Notes under the pieces: generated by a model
Databases searched by the model: none
Told to the model about the DNA's origin: nothing
The model's input: the letters and a program-made list of their open reading frames with translations, nothing else
Assembly: GCA_963743795.1 (NCBI GenBank)
Contig: CAVUQZ010000004.1
Span: 237,992-301,991 of the forward strand
Direction of reading: 5' to 3'
Length of the DNA stretch: 64,000 nucleotides
Origin: an uncultured Chloroflexia bacterium
GTDB taxonomy: Bacteria > Chloroflexota > Limnocylindria > Limnocylindrales > CSP1-4
Made by a program: the position numbers and the translations under genes
Part shown: piece by piece, positions 30,497 through 42,771 of the stretch
How positions within the stretch are numbered: position 1 is the stretch's first letter
Layout: every line of letters starts with the position of its first letter

Positions 30497-32752
30497 ATGT
30501 CAATCGAACCGCCCGGCCCTCCGCCGCAGACAGAGGGGGCCACACAGCGCCGGCGAGCGAACCGCCTGCCTCTGGCTGAGCGGCTCCGTGTCGGATTGGG
30601 CGTCGGGCCCACGCCCGAGTCGCTCTTCCGCCGCGTGCGAGAGTCGGTCTCGCGCCACTATCCGCAGGCGGATCTCGCGATGATGCACCGGGCGTTCGAT
30701 TTCGCGGACCAGGCCCACCGCGGCCAGTCCCGCTTCACGGGCGAGCCATACATAACCCACCCCCTGGCGTCGGCGCAGGTTCTGGCGGACATCGGCATCG
30801 ATCCGGTCGCGGTGACAGCCGCGATTCTCCATGACGTCCCCGAGGACACGGATTTCACGCTCGAGGACATCGACGAGCAATTCGGGACGGAGGTCGCCCA
30901 GCTCGTCGACGGCGTTACCAAGCTGTCGAAGTTCAGCACCCACACCCACGAGGAGCAGCAAGCCGAGAACATCCGCAAGATGTTCCTGGCGATGGCGGAC
31001 GACATCAGGGTCGTCCTGATCAAGCTGGCCGACCGGCTCCACAACATGCGTACGCTTTACGCACTGCCGTCGGACAAGCAGCAGCGGATCGCCCGCCAGA
31101 CGTTGGAGATCTACGCGCCGCTGGCAGAGCGGCTCGGGATGTGGAGCGTCAAGTGGGAGCTGGAGGACCTGGCGTTCAAGACCCTCGAGCCGGAGGCCTA
31201 TCGTGAGCTGGCCCGGATGCTGGACACCCGGCGAAAAGGCCGCGAAACCTTCATCCACCGCGCTATTGACGCGCTTCGACCGGAGCTGGCGCGGGCGGGC
31301 CTGGACGCCGAACTGTCCGGCCGGCCCAAACACCTCTACAGCATCTGGAAGAAGATGCAGCGCAAGGGGGCGGAGATAGGCGAGATATACGACGTATACG
31401 CCATCCGGATCCTCGTGGAGGAGGTGAGGGACTGTTACGCCGCTTTGGGAGCGGTCCACTCCCTGTGGCGGCCCATCCCCGGGCAGTTCGACGACTACAT
31501 TGCCGTCCCCAAGCCGAACCTCTATCAGAGTCTCCACACCGCGGTCATGGCCCTCGATGGCCAGCCCCTGGAGATCCAGATCCGAACTCACGCCATGCAC
31601 CAGGTCAGCGAGGTAGGGATTGCCGCCCACTGGCGCTACAAGGAGGGGTCTCGGGCCGACCGCGAATACGACGCCAAGCTTGCCTGGCTGCGCCAGGTCA
31701 TGGACTGGCAGCGCGACGTCTCGGACGCCACCGAGTTCGTTGAGGGCGTCAAGCTGGACGTCTTCCAGGACCAGGTCTTCGTCTTTACCCCGAAGGGGGA
31801 GGTCAAGGACCTGCCGGCCGGTGCGACGCCGCTCGACTTCGCCTACCGGATTCACACAGACATAGGACACCGCTGCATCGGGGCCAAGGTGAACAACCGC
31901 CTGGTGCCGCTGGACTACAAGCTGAAGAACGGCGACATAGTCGAGATCGTGACCACCAAAGGCGACCATGGGCCTTCGCGCGACTGGATGGGCATCGTTC
32001 GGACGAGCCACGCGCGAGAGAAGATCCGCCAATGGTTCAAGCGTCAGGAGCGCGACGAGAACATCGCCCATGGCCGCGAGTCGCTGGATCGCGAGTTGCG
32101 GCGGCTGGCCCGGACGAGCCTCGGAGCGGTTGGGGCCGATCGGATCCTGGAGATCGCACGGGCCTACAAGCACGACAACCTCGACGACTTCTATGCCGCC
32201 GTCGGCTACGGGGCGATCGGTGCCCAGCAGGTGGTTACGCGCTTGGGTGTGGTCGACGACGCGCAGCTCGCGCTGCCGCCCACCGCTCCGCCACCGAGTC
32301 CTTCGCGCCAGGGCGGCGTGCGGGTCAAGGGTGTGGGCGACCTGCTCGTTCGCTTCGGGAATTGCTGCCATCCAATCCCGGGCGATCCGATCATCGGCTT
32401 CATCACGCGCGGAAAGGGGATTACCGTCCACCTCAGGAGCTGCCAGACCGTGCTAGGCGAGCGGGAGACCGCCCGGCTCATCGAAGTCGACTGGGAGGGG
32501 AAGCTGCAGCAGACCTACCCGATCTCGATTCGGCTCGAAGCCTACGACCGGACCGGCCTGCTCTCCGATGTAAGCCAGGTCGTTGCCGAGGCCAAGGTCA
32601 ACATCGTGGCTGCAAACCTCTCTGTCACACCCGACCGTACCGCCATCGTGCGGGCCACCCTTGAGGTTGCCTCGGTTGCCCAGCTGGCACGAGTCTTGAG
32701 CCGCCTGGAGCGGCTCAAAGACGTAATCTCGGTCCAGCGGGACCTGGGCTAG
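30497..32752 (+). CDS. relA: Bifunctional (p)ppGpp synthetase/hydrolase Rel (RelA/SpoT homolog)
   Basis: HD hydrolase motif HDVPEDT, synthetase region RPKHLYSIWKKMQRKG...YIAVPKPNLYQSLHT, TGS domain (VFVFTPKGEVKDLPAGATPLDFAY) and C-terminal ACT domain. Confidence 0.97.
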   Translation: MSIEPPGPPPQTEGATQRRRANRLPLAERLRVGLGVGPTPESLFRRVRESVSRHYPQADLAMMHRAFDFADQAHRGQSRFTGEPYITHPLASAQVLADIGIDPVAVTAAILHDVPEDTDFTLEDIDEQFGTEVAQLVDGVTKLSKFSTHTHEEQQAENIRKMFLAMADDIRVVLIKLADRLHNMRTLYALPSDKQQRIARQTLEIYAPLAERLGMWSVKWELEDLAFKTLEPEAYRELARMLDTRRKGRETFIHRAIDALRPELARAGLDAELSGRPKHLYSIWKKMQRKGAEIGEIYDVYAIRILVEEVRDCYAALGAVHSLWRPIPGQFDDYIAVPKPNLYQSLHTAVMALDGQPLEIQIRTHAMHQVSEVGIAAHWRYKEGSRADREYDAKLAWLRQVMDWQRDVSDATEFVEGVKLDVFQDQVFVFTPKGEVKDLPAGATPLDFAYRIHTDIGHRCIGAKVNNRLVPLDYKLKNGDIVEIVTTKGDHGPSRDWMGIVRTSHAREKIRQWFKRQERDENIAHGRESLDRELRRLARTSLGAVGADRILEIARAYKHDNLDDFYAAVGYGAIGAQQVVTRLGVVDDAQLALPPTAPPPSPSRQGGVRVKGVGDLLVRFGNCCHPIPGDPIIGFITRGKGITVHLRSCQTVLGERETARLIEVDWEGKLQQTYPISIRLEAYDRTGLLSDVSQVVAEAKVNIVAANLSVTPDRTAIVRATLEVASVAQLARVLSRLERLKDVISVQRDLG

Positions 32753-32876
32753 GCTCCTCCGGACCGGCCGTCAGCCGTCCCGTCCGCTATAGTCCAGGGA
32801 CTGTACGAGTTACCGCCGCACTGTCGCCGCTCGCTCGCGTGACCGAGCCCCGAGGTTGATCCGCAAGGAGGATCCC

Positions 32877-33287
32877 GTGTCTGACGAGTTCATCTACCCC
32901 GAGGGCATCAACTCAGACGCGCTCAAGCAGCTGTTCGAGGAAAACTACATGGAGGTCTCCGTGGACACGGACGGAGATCTCATCGTCAAGGACAACTACC
33001 GATGCTACCTGCGGCCCGATCCGGATGGCCGGCTGATCTCCATCTACGCCATCTTCGGTGCAGACCCGGGGGCCAAGGTGGCGGACAAGCTGGCCTACAT
33101 CAACCACGTCAACGACCAGGTCAAGCTGATCCGGGCGTCGGTCTCGGCCAACGGGAAGTTCGTCTTCGACTATTACCTGTCGGTCGAAGGCGGGGTTTCC
33201 AGGCGGTCGGTGGTCCTGTCGGTGCGGCGATTCTTTTCGTGCCTGGGTCTGGCCCTTCGAGAGGACACGACCAACGTAGTGGCGTGA
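32877..33287 (+). CDS. YbjN-like (type III secretion chaperone-fold) small protein, tentative
   Basis: AAGGAGGA lies 6 nt upstream of GTG 32877; TATAGT at 32788-32793. The sequence (DGDLIVKDNYRCYLRPDPDGRLISIYAIF...) resembles the YbjN/DUF1821 family by recollection. Confidence 0.65.
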   Translation: MSDEFIYPEGINSDALKQLFEENYMEVSVDTDGDLIVKDNYRCYLRPDPDGRLISIYAIFGADPGAKVADKLAYINHVNDQVKLIRASVSANGKFVFDYYLSVEGGVSRRSVVLSVRRFFSCLGLALREDTTNVVA

Positions 33288-33311
33288 CCAGGCCGACCCT
33301 CGGGAGGCCTT

Positions 33312-34715
33312 CTAGAAGTCCGCGCTGCCAGGGGTGCGCGGGAACGGGATGACGTCGCGCACGTTCGCCATCCCCGTGGCGTACGCCACCGACCGATCGA
33401 ACCCCAGCCCGAACCCGCTGTGTGGCACCGTGCCGTATCGGCGCAGGTCGCGATACCACCAGTAGACAGAGGGATCCAGGCCCGTCTCGCGAATCCTCGC
33501 GTCGAGAACGTCCAGACGCTCCTCGCGCTGACTCCCGCCCACGATCTCCCCAATTCCGGGCGCGAGCACGTCCATCGCGGCCACCGTGCGCTCGTCGTCG
33601 TTCAGGCGCATGTAGAAGGCCTTGATCTCCTTGGGATAGTTAACGACCACGACCGGCCGCTTCGCGTACTCCTCGCAGAGATACCGCTCGTGCTCCGCTT
33701 GCAGCGCGACGCCCCATTCGACCGGGAATTCGAACGACCGGCCCGAGCGCTCGAGGACGTCGATTGCGTCGCTGTACTCCATGCGCGCGAAGCTCGACGT
33801 CACCAGCGCCTCGAGCCTTGTGACCGCCTCCTTGTCGATGCGTTCGGCGAAGAACGCCATGTCGTCGGCGCGCTCGTCCAGGAGGGCGCGGAAGCTGTAC
33901 TTGAGCAGATCCTCGGCCAGGTCCGCGTTGTCGTGGATGTCGGCGAAGGCGATCTCCGGCTCGACCATCCAGAACTCCGACAGATGCCGGCTGGTGTTCG
34001 AATTCTCGGCCCGGAAGGTCGGCCCGAAGGTGTAGACGCGGGTGAGCGCCAGACAGTAGGACTCAACGTTGAGCTGGCCCGAGACGGTCAGATACGCCGG
34101 CTTGCCGAAGAAGTCCTGCGAGAAGTCGATCGAACCTTCGGGCGTGCGCGGGAGGTTCGCCAGATCGAGTGTCGAGACCCGGAACAGCTCCCCGGCGCCT
34201 TCGGCATCGCTGGCGGTAAGGATCGGCGTGCTGATCCAGTAGAAGCCGTGCTCATCGAAGTAGCGGTGAATCGCCATCGCGAGGGTGTGCCGGACCCGGG
34301 CGACCGCGCCGAAGGTGTTGGTTCGAGGTCGAAGGTGCGCTACCTCGCGGAGGTACTCGAAAGAGTGCCGCTTGGCCGATATCGGGTACGTTTCCGGATC
34401 GTCCACCCAGCCAACGACCTCGACCGAGTCGGCCTGGAGCTCGACCGCCTGGCCCTGGGCGGGCGAGGCGGTGATCGTGCCCGAGACGGTGACCGCGCAA
34501 CCGGCGGTCAGCCGGAGGACCTCATCCTGGTAGTTGGCGAGCGACGTTGGCGCGACGATCTGCAACGCGTCGAAGCAAGACCCGTCGTGAAGATGGAGGA
34601 AGGAGAGCCCGGCTTTCGAGTCGCGCCGCGTGCGGATCCAGCCCTGGACCGTGGCGCTCGCCCCGGGCGGGACCCGGCCGGCAAGGACATCGACGATTCG
34701 GTCGGCCTGCGGCAT
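33312..34715 (-). CDS. asnS: Asparagine--tRNA ligase
   Basis: Class IIb OB-fold N-terminus plus [21 protein letters not shown] and GGSQREER...[10 protein letters not shown] motifs. Start at ATG 34715 (MPQADRIV), with GAGG 5 nt upstream. The longer ORF-track N-terminus is Arg-rich junk. Confidence 0.93.
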   Translation of the reverse strand: MPQADRIVDVLAGRVPPGASATVQGWIRTRRDSKAGLSFLHLHDGSCFDALQIVAPTSLANYQDEVLRLTAGCAVTVSGTITASPAQGQAVELQADSVEVVGWVDDPETYPISAKRHSFEYLREVAHLRPRTNTFGAVARVRHTLAMAIHRYFDEHGFYWISTPILTASDAEGAGELFRVSTLDLANLPRTPEGSIDFSQDFFGKPAYLTVSGQLNVESYCLALTRVYTFGPTFRAENSNTSRHLSEFWMVEPEIAFADIHDNADLAEDLLKYSFRALLDERADDMAFFAERIDKEAVTRLEALVTSSFARMEYSDAIDVLERSGRSFEFPVEWGVALQAEHERYLCEEYAKRPVVVVNYPKEIKAFYMRLNDDERTVAAMDVLAPGIGEIVGGSQREERLDVLDARIRETGLDPSVYWWYRDLRRYGTVPHSGFGLGFDRSVAYATGMANVRDVIPFPRTPGSADF

Positions 34716-34862
34716 GAAGACCTCTGTCTGGTCCGGAGGGGCGTGGCTATGCGTGGTGTCGTGCCAAAGGCGTCTCGATCTTAGCGGCCGGGATCGCCTG
34801 GCCACAAGCACGGCTCGGAGAAGGCGACGCCAGTTGCCGCCGCTGCGTGCGGCAGCGGCCGC

Positions 34863-34868
34863 TAGACT
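34863..34868 (+). promoter_or_regulatory. -10-like TAGACT 7 nt upstream of the hisS ATG (leaderless-type promoter candidate)
   Basis: Motif and spacing read from the sequence; the gap TCTGGCC has no SD. Confidence 0.4.
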
Positions 34869-34875
34869 TCTGGCC

Positions 34876-36162
34876 ATGGCCCAGTACCGAGCCCCCCGCG
34901 GCACGCGCGATCTCCTGCCCGACGTACGGGCCGGCTTCGGGCGTCTCGAAGCGCTTGCGCGCACGCTGATGGCCCGCTACGGCTATCGCGAGATGGAGAT
35001 CCCGCTCTTCGAGCAGACGGCCGTCTTCGAGCGTGGGATCGGCGAGTCGACGGACGTGGTGGAGAAGGAGCTCTTCCGTCTGGTTCCCCGAACCGAGGAG
35101 GCGGAATCCTGGGCGCTGCGGCCGGAAGCGACGGCCGGGATCGTGCGCGCATATGTCCAGCACGGCATGCGGACGTGGCCGCAACCGATGAAGCTCTCCG
35201 TCCTGGGCCCGATGTTCCGCTACGACCGTCCCCAGGCGGGCCGCTACCGTCAGTTCTGGCAGTGGGACGCCGAGGTGATCGGCGATCCGGGCCCGGCCGT
35301 GGACGCGGAAGTCATCGAGCTCGGCTGGCGCTTCTACGTCGACGCGGGCGTGCCGGACGTGCAGGTGCTTGTCAACTCGATCGGCGATCAGAACTGCCGG
35401 CCGGCGTATCTAGCGACAGTGAAGGCCTACTTCGGGCGACACGAGTCGGAGCTGCCGGAGTCTGAGCTCCGGCGCCTGGAGACAAACCCGCTGCGGCTCC
35501 TGGATTCGAAGGACCCGGGCATGGCCGCGCTGGTCGCCGCGGCGCCAAAGATCGCCGACTGCCTCTGCGAAGCGTGTGAGAAGCATTTCGCGGCCGTGCA
35601 GGCTCATCTTGACGCGGTTAGTGTGCCGTATCGGATCGAGCCGACACTGGTCCGCGGCCTGGACTACTACACTCGGACCGCCTTCGAGTACTACCGTCGC
35701 GGGGCAGAGGCGCAGCAGCAGGCGCTCGGTGGCGGTGGCCGCTACGACGGTTTGATCGAGCTGCTCGGAGGCCGGCCGACGCCGGCGATCGGGTTCGCAC
35801 TGGGATTGGATCGAGTCGTTCTGGCGCTCGAGGAAAGCGGGGAGGCGTTCCGGGGCGAGGCTCCACCGCTTGCCGTCATCGTCGGAGCGGACCCGGCCGA
35901 CACGGTTGCGCGACTGCGAGTGGCTTCGCTGCTGCGAGCCGGGGGGCTCGCGGTGCGGGCGGAGCTGGCGCCGCGGAAGCTTGGCCGGCAGCTGGAGACG
36001 GCGTCTCGCGACCACGCCCACTTCGCCGTGATCATCGGCGACGAGCTGGCGGACGGGCACGTTCAGCTCAAGGACCTCGAGGCGGGCACGCAACGGCTGG
36101 TCCCGCTGGCGGACCTGGCCCGCGACCTGGCCAGAGCGGCGAAGAGTCACCACCACGGGTAG
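34876..36162 (+). CDS. hisS: Histidine--tRNA ligase
   Basis: [16 protein letters not shown] start, motif 2 [16 protein letters not shown], motif 3 region GGGRYDGL, anticodon-binding C-terminus. Confidence 0.96.
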   Translation: MAQYRAPRGTRDLLPDVRAGFGRLEALARTLMARYGYREMEIPLFEQTAVFERGIGESTDVVEKELFRLVPRTEEAESWALRPEATAGIVRAYVQHGMRTWPQPMKLSVLGPMFRYDRPQAGRYRQFWQWDAEVIGDPGPAVDAEVIELGWRFYVDAGVPDVQVLVNSIGDQNCRPAYLATVKAYFGRHESELPESELRRLETNPLRLLDSKDPGMAALVAAAPKIADCLCEACEKHFAAVQAHLDAVSVPYRIEPTLVRGLDYYTRTAFEYYRRGAEAQQQALGGGGRYDGLIELLGGRPTPAIGFALGLDRVVLALEESGEAFRGEAPPLAVIVGADPADTVARLRVASLLRAGGLAVRAELAPRKLGRQLETASRDHAHFAVIIGDELADGHVQLKDLEAGTQRLVPLADLARDLARAAKSHHHG

Positions 36163-36468
36163 CCACACCAGCGACAACGGCATTGACTGCACCGCCGATA
36201 CGGCCGACGTATCCGGCGGTCGCGTCGTCGTAGAGATATCCACGCACGGCGGACCCGCTCCAGACTGCACAGCCCAGCCAAAGACTGCCAATGCCACGGT
36301 TGGAACTGTTCCGGTCCTCAAGACGACCGAAGGCAGCATGACGACCTGGAACATCGCCCCGCCCGGAGACTCCTTCTACAGACCGAACAGCGTGATTATC
36401 CGGAGCTGGACGGATAGCGACGCGGCCACGGCCGAGGTCGAGGCGATCATTGCCAGCTTCGAGTAGGC

Positions 36469-36483
36469 CCCGGTGTGACCGGG
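36469..36483 (+). terminator. Short hairpin followed by TTCT in the hisS-aspS spacer (weak terminator candidate)
   Basis: CCCGGT-GTG-ACCGGG, 6-bp stem, 2 nt after the TAG at 36464-36466 that closes the coding-like frame. Confidence 0.3.
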
Positions 36484-36592
36484 TTCTGCGCGTCACAGCA
36501 GGTCGGCGAAACGCCCGAGCCAACCTGGAGCTGAGCCAGCCGACCCGAGCGCGAGGTCTGCGGTGGCGCCTCGGGATCGGGGCCGCATCCGG

Positions 36593-36598
36593 TACGAT
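36593..36598 (+). promoter_or_regulatory. -10-like TACGAT 7 nt upstream of the aspS ATG (leaderless-type promoter candidate)
   Basis: Motif and spacing read from the sequence; the gap GCGCGGC has no SD. Confidence 0.35.
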
Positions 36599-36605
36599 GC
36601 GCGGC

Positions 36606-38519
<1,914 letters not shown>

Positions 38520-38588
38520 GAGTCCTCGGACGGTCGGACCGGCGAGCGCGGCCTGGTGAGGCACGCACGATCCAGCGGAAGGAACAAC

Positions 38589-39590
38589 ATGGCCGAGAAG
38601 ATGGTCCGCTGCGTCAGGTGTCACGAAGTCTTCGACGCCGACGCGGGGCCGTGCACCAAATGCGGCACTCCGTACCAGCCTCCTCGAGCGCAGCCCGCGG
38701 CGATCGACGGTCTCTATGTGGAGCGTTATGCCGGCAGTGACTTCGCTCCGGTCCCAGACCCAGCGCCGGTCGCTCCCTTGCCTCGCCGCAACACGACCGC
38801 TCTACTCATCTGGGGTGGCGCAGCGCTGCTCGGAGCGGCCCTGATTGTGGCGATCGTCGCGGTTGCATTGGGCATTCCCTCGAATTCACCGGCAGCCCCC
38901 GCCTTGGTGGTGGCGCGCACAGATCCGCCGTCGCCGACGCCCACGCTTCCACCCACGGTCACGATGACTCTCCAGCAACTCAACGATCTCAAGCTGAGCG
39001 CCCACATCACGGTCGACAGCCGGACTCAGCTGAGTGCTCGCATCCTGGGCCAGGGCCAGACGAGCATCGTGACCTTCGATGGCCAGATCTCGGGTGGCGA
39101 CGAGTCGGGAACCATCCAGGGAGGCGGCCTGAAGCAGGAGTTCAGGCTTGTCGACGGCGTCGTCTACATCCGGGCTCTTCCGTCCGGGAAATGGTCGACC
39201 GCGACGACTCTGCCGTCCTACCTGGTTATCGCCCCGCTCTTCGGCATCACATCGCCCAAGATGCTGCTGTTGGTAGGTGCTGAAACGAAGGACGGGCTGG
39301 CCGTCAACCACTTCAGGACGACCGGGTGGTGGGTCCCCGACATGAGCCGCGTAGCCATGACGAACCTGTCCGGACTGGCGATCGCCCCCGACTCGACAGT
39401 CCTGGACCTGTGGGCCACCCCGGACGGAGCTCCTGTTGCTGCGACCTTCGCCGGAACGAATACCGCAACCGACGGGACGCGTCTGCTCGACATCCAGGTC
39501 TCGTACACGTTCACCGATGTCGGGGTGCCGGCGGAGATCGTATCGCCGCTTGCGAGCCCTTCGCCCCTCGTAAGCCCCAGCCCGTCCTGA
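38589..39590 (+). CDS. Hypothetical bitopic membrane protein: N-terminal zinc ribbon, one TM, LolA/LppX-like beta ectodomain (tentative), Pro/Ser tail
   Basis: CVRCHEVFDADAGPCTKCGTPY, TM LLIWGGAALLGAALIVAIVAVAL, C-terminus SPLASPSPLVSPSPS. GGAAGGA SD before ATG 38589. Confidence 0.7.
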   Translation: MAEKMVRCVRCHEVFDADAGPCTKCGTPYQPPRAQPAAIDGLYVERYAGSDFAPVPDPAPVAPLPRRNTTALLIWGGAALLGAALIVAIVAVALGIPSNSPAAPALVVARTDPPSPTPTLPPTVTMTLQQLNDLKLSAHITVDSRTQLSARILGQGQTSIVTFDGQISGGDESGTIQGGGLKQEFRLVDGVVYIRALPSGKWSTATTLPSYLVIAPLFGITSPKMLLLVGAETKDGLAVNHFRTTGWWVPDMSRVAMTNLSGLAIAPDSTVLDLWATPDGAPVAATFAGTNTATDGTRLLDIQVSYTFTDVGVPAEIVSPLASPSPLVSPSPS

Positions 39591-39632
39591 GGTCGCGGAG
39601 TACCCGTAGGACCTTGGGCGGATGTCGGTCGG

Positions 39633-40283
39633 CTATCCTTCGGCCCGCGCCGCCAGGTCCGCGTTCCACTCGGGCGGCGGACCCGCGGCCGGGTCGGACG
39701 GGCCCTGATAGTCGGGCAGGCTGGCGCGTGCCGTGGACGCGTCGTGGGTGATGCCCGGGTCGCCGAGCTCCAGCATCCGGCCGGGAATGCCCTCCTCGAG
39801 GAGCGCGGACACCAGTTCATAGGCGTGAAGGGCGGTCTCCGCGTCGAAGCGCTCGCGGAGCCCGGTCGGGACCAGAATCGGGAACCCAGGCTCGCCCGAG
39901 AAGGCCGGTCGGACGATGGCGTCCGGCCAGGCGCCATGGGCCTCGATGAGCGACGTGACGGTCTCGGGGTCGACCCAGGTGTACCGGCACGGCCATAGCA
40001 GACCGGCCGTGGTCTCGGCTACCTGGCTCCAGGCTTCTGTCAGTCCGCGACCGAACCAGCGAGCCCCGGGCGGAAGATCGGCCGGCTGCAGGAGGGACGC
40101 CGGGAGTCCGGCCAGCTCCGTACCGACTCGGGCCCCTTCGTCGCCTGGATTCGAAACCGCGACGATCGGGAGGGCGCCGCCGGCCCAGGCCGCCTGGACC
40201 ACCCTGCGTATGGCGGGCACTCCGTCGGCATCGGCGAGGGCCGCTGCGGGGTCGGGTACGAGGATTACCGCGGCTACGGTCAA
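39633..40283 (-). CDS. MobA-like NTP-transferase-fold protein lacking the canonical Gly-rich NTP loop (tentative)
   Basis: TTG start at 40283 with GGAGG 7 nt upstream. [25 protein letters not shown]... replaces the usual AxILAAGxSxRMG. The longer ORF-track N-terminus is antisense to typA. Confidence 0.5.
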   Translation of the reverse strand: MTVAAVILVPDPAAALADADGVPAIRRVVQAAWAGGALPIVAVSNPGDEGARVGTELAGLPASLLQPADLPPGARWFGRGLTEAWSQVAETTAGLLWPCRYTWVDPETVTSLIEAHGAWPDAIVRPAFSGEPGFPILVPTGLRERFDAETALHAYELVSALLEEGIPGRMLELGDPGITHDASTARASLPDYQGPSDPAAGPPPEWNADLAARAEG

Positions 40284-40361
40284 GAGCGAGCCTCCTGCCT
40301 GCGTGGGAGGCAGTGTAACGCTGAGAATGCCCGGGCTCGTCGCGAGCCGCCGTGTGCGACA

Positions 40362-42308
40362 ATGCCGCCGCCCATGAGTGACTCGCCTCGCCCCACCACG
40401 CCCGCCGATTCCGCCAAGCACGCCGTTCGCGCTGACGTCCGGAACCTTGCCATAGTCGCCCACGTCGACCACGGCAAGACCACTCTCGTGGACGCGATGC
40501 TGCGCCAGGCCGGCGCTTTCCGCGCCAATCAGGTCGTCGTCGAGAGAGTCATGGACTCCGGCGACCTCGAGCGTGAGAAGGGGATCACGATCCTCGCCAA
40601 GCAGACCGCCGTCGACTACGACGGCATCCACCTGAACATCGTCGATACGCCAGGCCATGCCGACTTCGGCGGAGAGGTCGAACGAAGCCTGCTCATGGTC
40701 GATTCGATACTGCTCCTGGTGGATGCGGCGGAAGGTCCGCTCCCTCAGACCCGTTACGTCCTCCAGAAGGCGATGGCCCGTCGTCTTCCCGTCGTGGTGG
40801 CGATCAACAAGATCGACCGTTCCGATGCTCGTTCCAGGGAAGTCCTCGACGCGGTCTACGAGCTCTTCCTGGACCTGGGCGCGGACGAGAAGCAGATCGA
40901 TTTCCCGGTTGTCTTCACGAATGCCAAGCTCGGCACCGCTACGGTCGACCTGGATACGCCCGGGACCGATTTGCGACCGCTGTTCGAGCTTCTGATCGAG
41001 CACACACCGGCGCCGGCCTACACGCCCGGCCACCCTCTGCAGATGCTCGTGACCAATCTCTCAGCGAACGACTACGTCGGCCGGATGGCAGTCGGGCGGC
41101 TGTGGAACGGCACGATCAGGATGGGCCAGCGTATGACGATAGTCCGTGAGGAGGAGGACGATACCGCTGGTGCGATCGAACCCGGACGGACAGTCACGCT
41201 GACCGGCACGGTCACCAGCCTGACCACGGCCCGCGGCATCGAACGCGTGGACATCCCCGAGGCCGGACCGGGCGACATCGTCGCGGTCGCGGGGATTCCG
41301 GACGTGACCATCGGAGACACGATCACGGATCCGATCGACCCTCGCCCGTTGCCGCGTCTCGACGTCGACGCTCCGACGCTGCGCATGACCTTCGGGGCGA
41401 ACACGTCACCGCTCTCCGGACGAGAGGGCAAGTACGTGACAAGCCGGCATCTGAAGGCGCGCCTGGACAAGGAGGTCCTGGGCAACGTCTCGATCGAGGT
41501 CCTCCCGACGGAGTCCGGGGATACGTTCGAGGTCCGAGGGCGCGGCGAGCTGCAGCTTGCGATTCTCATCGAGCAGATGCGGCGAGAGGGATACGAGTTG
41601 CAGGTCTCGCGCCCGGAGGTGCTGCTCCACGAGATCGACGGGGAGGTCCAGGAGCCGTACGAGCGGATCACGGTGGACATGCCGCCCGAATTCATCGGGC
41701 CGGTACAGGCCGCGCTGGCGGACCGCAAGGCGCGCCTGGACCAGATGAGCACCGACGCCGACGGTCGGGTCCGAATGGAGTACGTCATCCCCGTCCGCGG
41801 GTTGATCGGGTTCCGAGGCCAGCTCCTTACCGAGACGCGCGGAACCGCGCTGCTGCACCAGATCGGCGAGGGCTACGGTCCCTGGGCCGGCGAGGTAACC
41901 CACCGCATGACGGGGGTGCTCGTCTCGGATCGGTCCGGCGTCTCGAACGCCTACGGCCTGTTCAATCTGCAGGAGCGGGCAGAGCTCTTCATCGGCGCAG
42001 GAGCGGACGTCTACGAGGGGATGGTCGTGGGCGAGAACAGCCGACCCGACGACATGGACGTCAACGCCACCAAAGAGAAGAAGCTCACGAACATGAGAAC
42101 GCACTCCCACGACGAGGCGCTCCGCCTGACTCCGCCGCGGGAGCTGACGCTGGAGTCGGCGATCGAGTTCATCGGCGCCGAGGAGTTGGTCGAGGTGACA
42201 CCCCGGTCGATTCGAATCCGGAAGCGAACCCTATCCGCTCACGATAGGCATCGAGCCGCCGGCCGCGAGTACGAACGCAACGCTGCAGAGCGCGAAGGCG
42301 GACGCTGA
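40362..42308 (+). CDS. typA: Translational GTPase TypA/BipA
   Basis: G1 [10 protein letters not shown]3 DTPGHADF, G4 NKID, EF-G-like domains. A start at ATG 40374 is also possible. Confidence 0.97.
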   Translation: MPPPMSDSPRPTTPADSAKHAVRADVRNLAIVAHVDHGKTTLVDAMLRQAGAFRANQVVVERVMDSGDLEREKGITILAKQTAVDYDGIHLNIVDTPGHADFGGEVERSLLMVDSILLLVDAAEGPLPQTRYVLQKAMARRLPVVVAINKIDRSDARSREVLDAVYELFLDLGADEKQIDFPVVFTNAKLGTATVDLDTPGTDLRPLFELLIEHTPAPAYTPGHPLQMLVTNLSANDYVGRMAVGRLWNGTIRMGQRMTIVREEEDDTAGAIEPGRTVTLTGTVTSLTTARGIERVDIPEAGPGDIVAVAGIPDVTIGDTITDPIDPRPLPRLDVDAPTLRMTFGANTSPLSGREGKYVTSRHLKARLDKEVLGNVSIEVLPTESGDTFEVRGRGELQLAILIEQMRREGYELQVSRPEVLLHEIDGEVQEPYERITVDMPPEFIGPVQAALADRKARLDQMSTDADGRVRMEYVIPVRGLIGFRGQLLTETRGTALLHQIGEGYGPWAGEVTHRMTGVLVSDRSGVSNAYGLFNLQERAELFIGAGADVYEGMVVGENSRPDDMDVNATKEKKLTNMRTHSHDEALRLTPPRELTLESAIEFIGAEELVEVTPRSIRIRKRTLSAHDRHRAAGREYERNAAEREGGR

Positions 42309-42423
42309 GCAGACGGCCGCGGCGGTTTCCACTGGCGTTGAAGGGCTGCGCTCGGTAATCTCAACGGCGTCCGAGGGCTCGGGAGGCGTTCCATGAAGGG
42401 CGCGGCCTCGGAGGGAGGGCGAC

Positions 42424-42702
42424 TTGACGCAGCGAATCATCTCAGTGGCAAAAGGCGGCGTCGTCGGATTCCTGTTCGCCGGTCTGGTCGTGATTTGTCT
42501 CACGATGACCCTGGGAACAATGGTCTCCGTGCTGAGTTTGAATTCAGTGACGCTCAGCCTCGGTCCGATCCCGTTGATGTCGGCGTGGTCGAACTCGAAC
42601 GGGTATGGGTCGAGCTCTGGTTGGGGACTCGGCGCCATGTGCTACGTCGGCACAGCCGTGGGCGTCGTTCTCGCGCTGCGCAGGAACCCGGCCCGGGCGT
42701 AG
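42424..42702 (+). CDS. Small hypothetical membrane protein (2-3 TMs)
   Basis: GGAGGGAGGG SD before TTG 42424. Hydrophobic segments GGVVGFLFAGLVVICLTMTLGTMV and GAMCYVGTAVGVVLAL. Confidence 0.55.
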   Translation: MTQRIISVAKGGVVGFLFAGLVVICLTMTLGTMVSVLSLNSVTLSLGPIPLMSAWSNSNGYGSSSGWGLGAMCYVGTAVGVVLALRRNPARA

Positions 42703-42758
42703 ACCCTCGCCCGGCGGCTCGGCCTTTCTTGCCAGACGGGGCCACGAGCGGGTCGGCG

Positions 42759-42764
42759 TACAAT
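42759..42764 (+). promoter_or_regulatory. -10-like TACAAT 7 nt upstream of the cysteine desulfurase ATG (leaderless-type promoter candidate)
   Basis: Motif and spacing read from the sequence; the gap CGCCGCC has no SD. Confidence 0.4.
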
Positions 42765-42771
42765 CGCCGCC

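Noticed and set aside
40284-41033. N-terminal 250 aa of the 466-aa minus-strand ORF 39633..41033 as part of the MobA-like gene
   Set aside because: This part is antisense to the highly conserved typA GTPase domain and is junk-like. An SD-supported TTG at 40283 gives a sensible 216-aa product.
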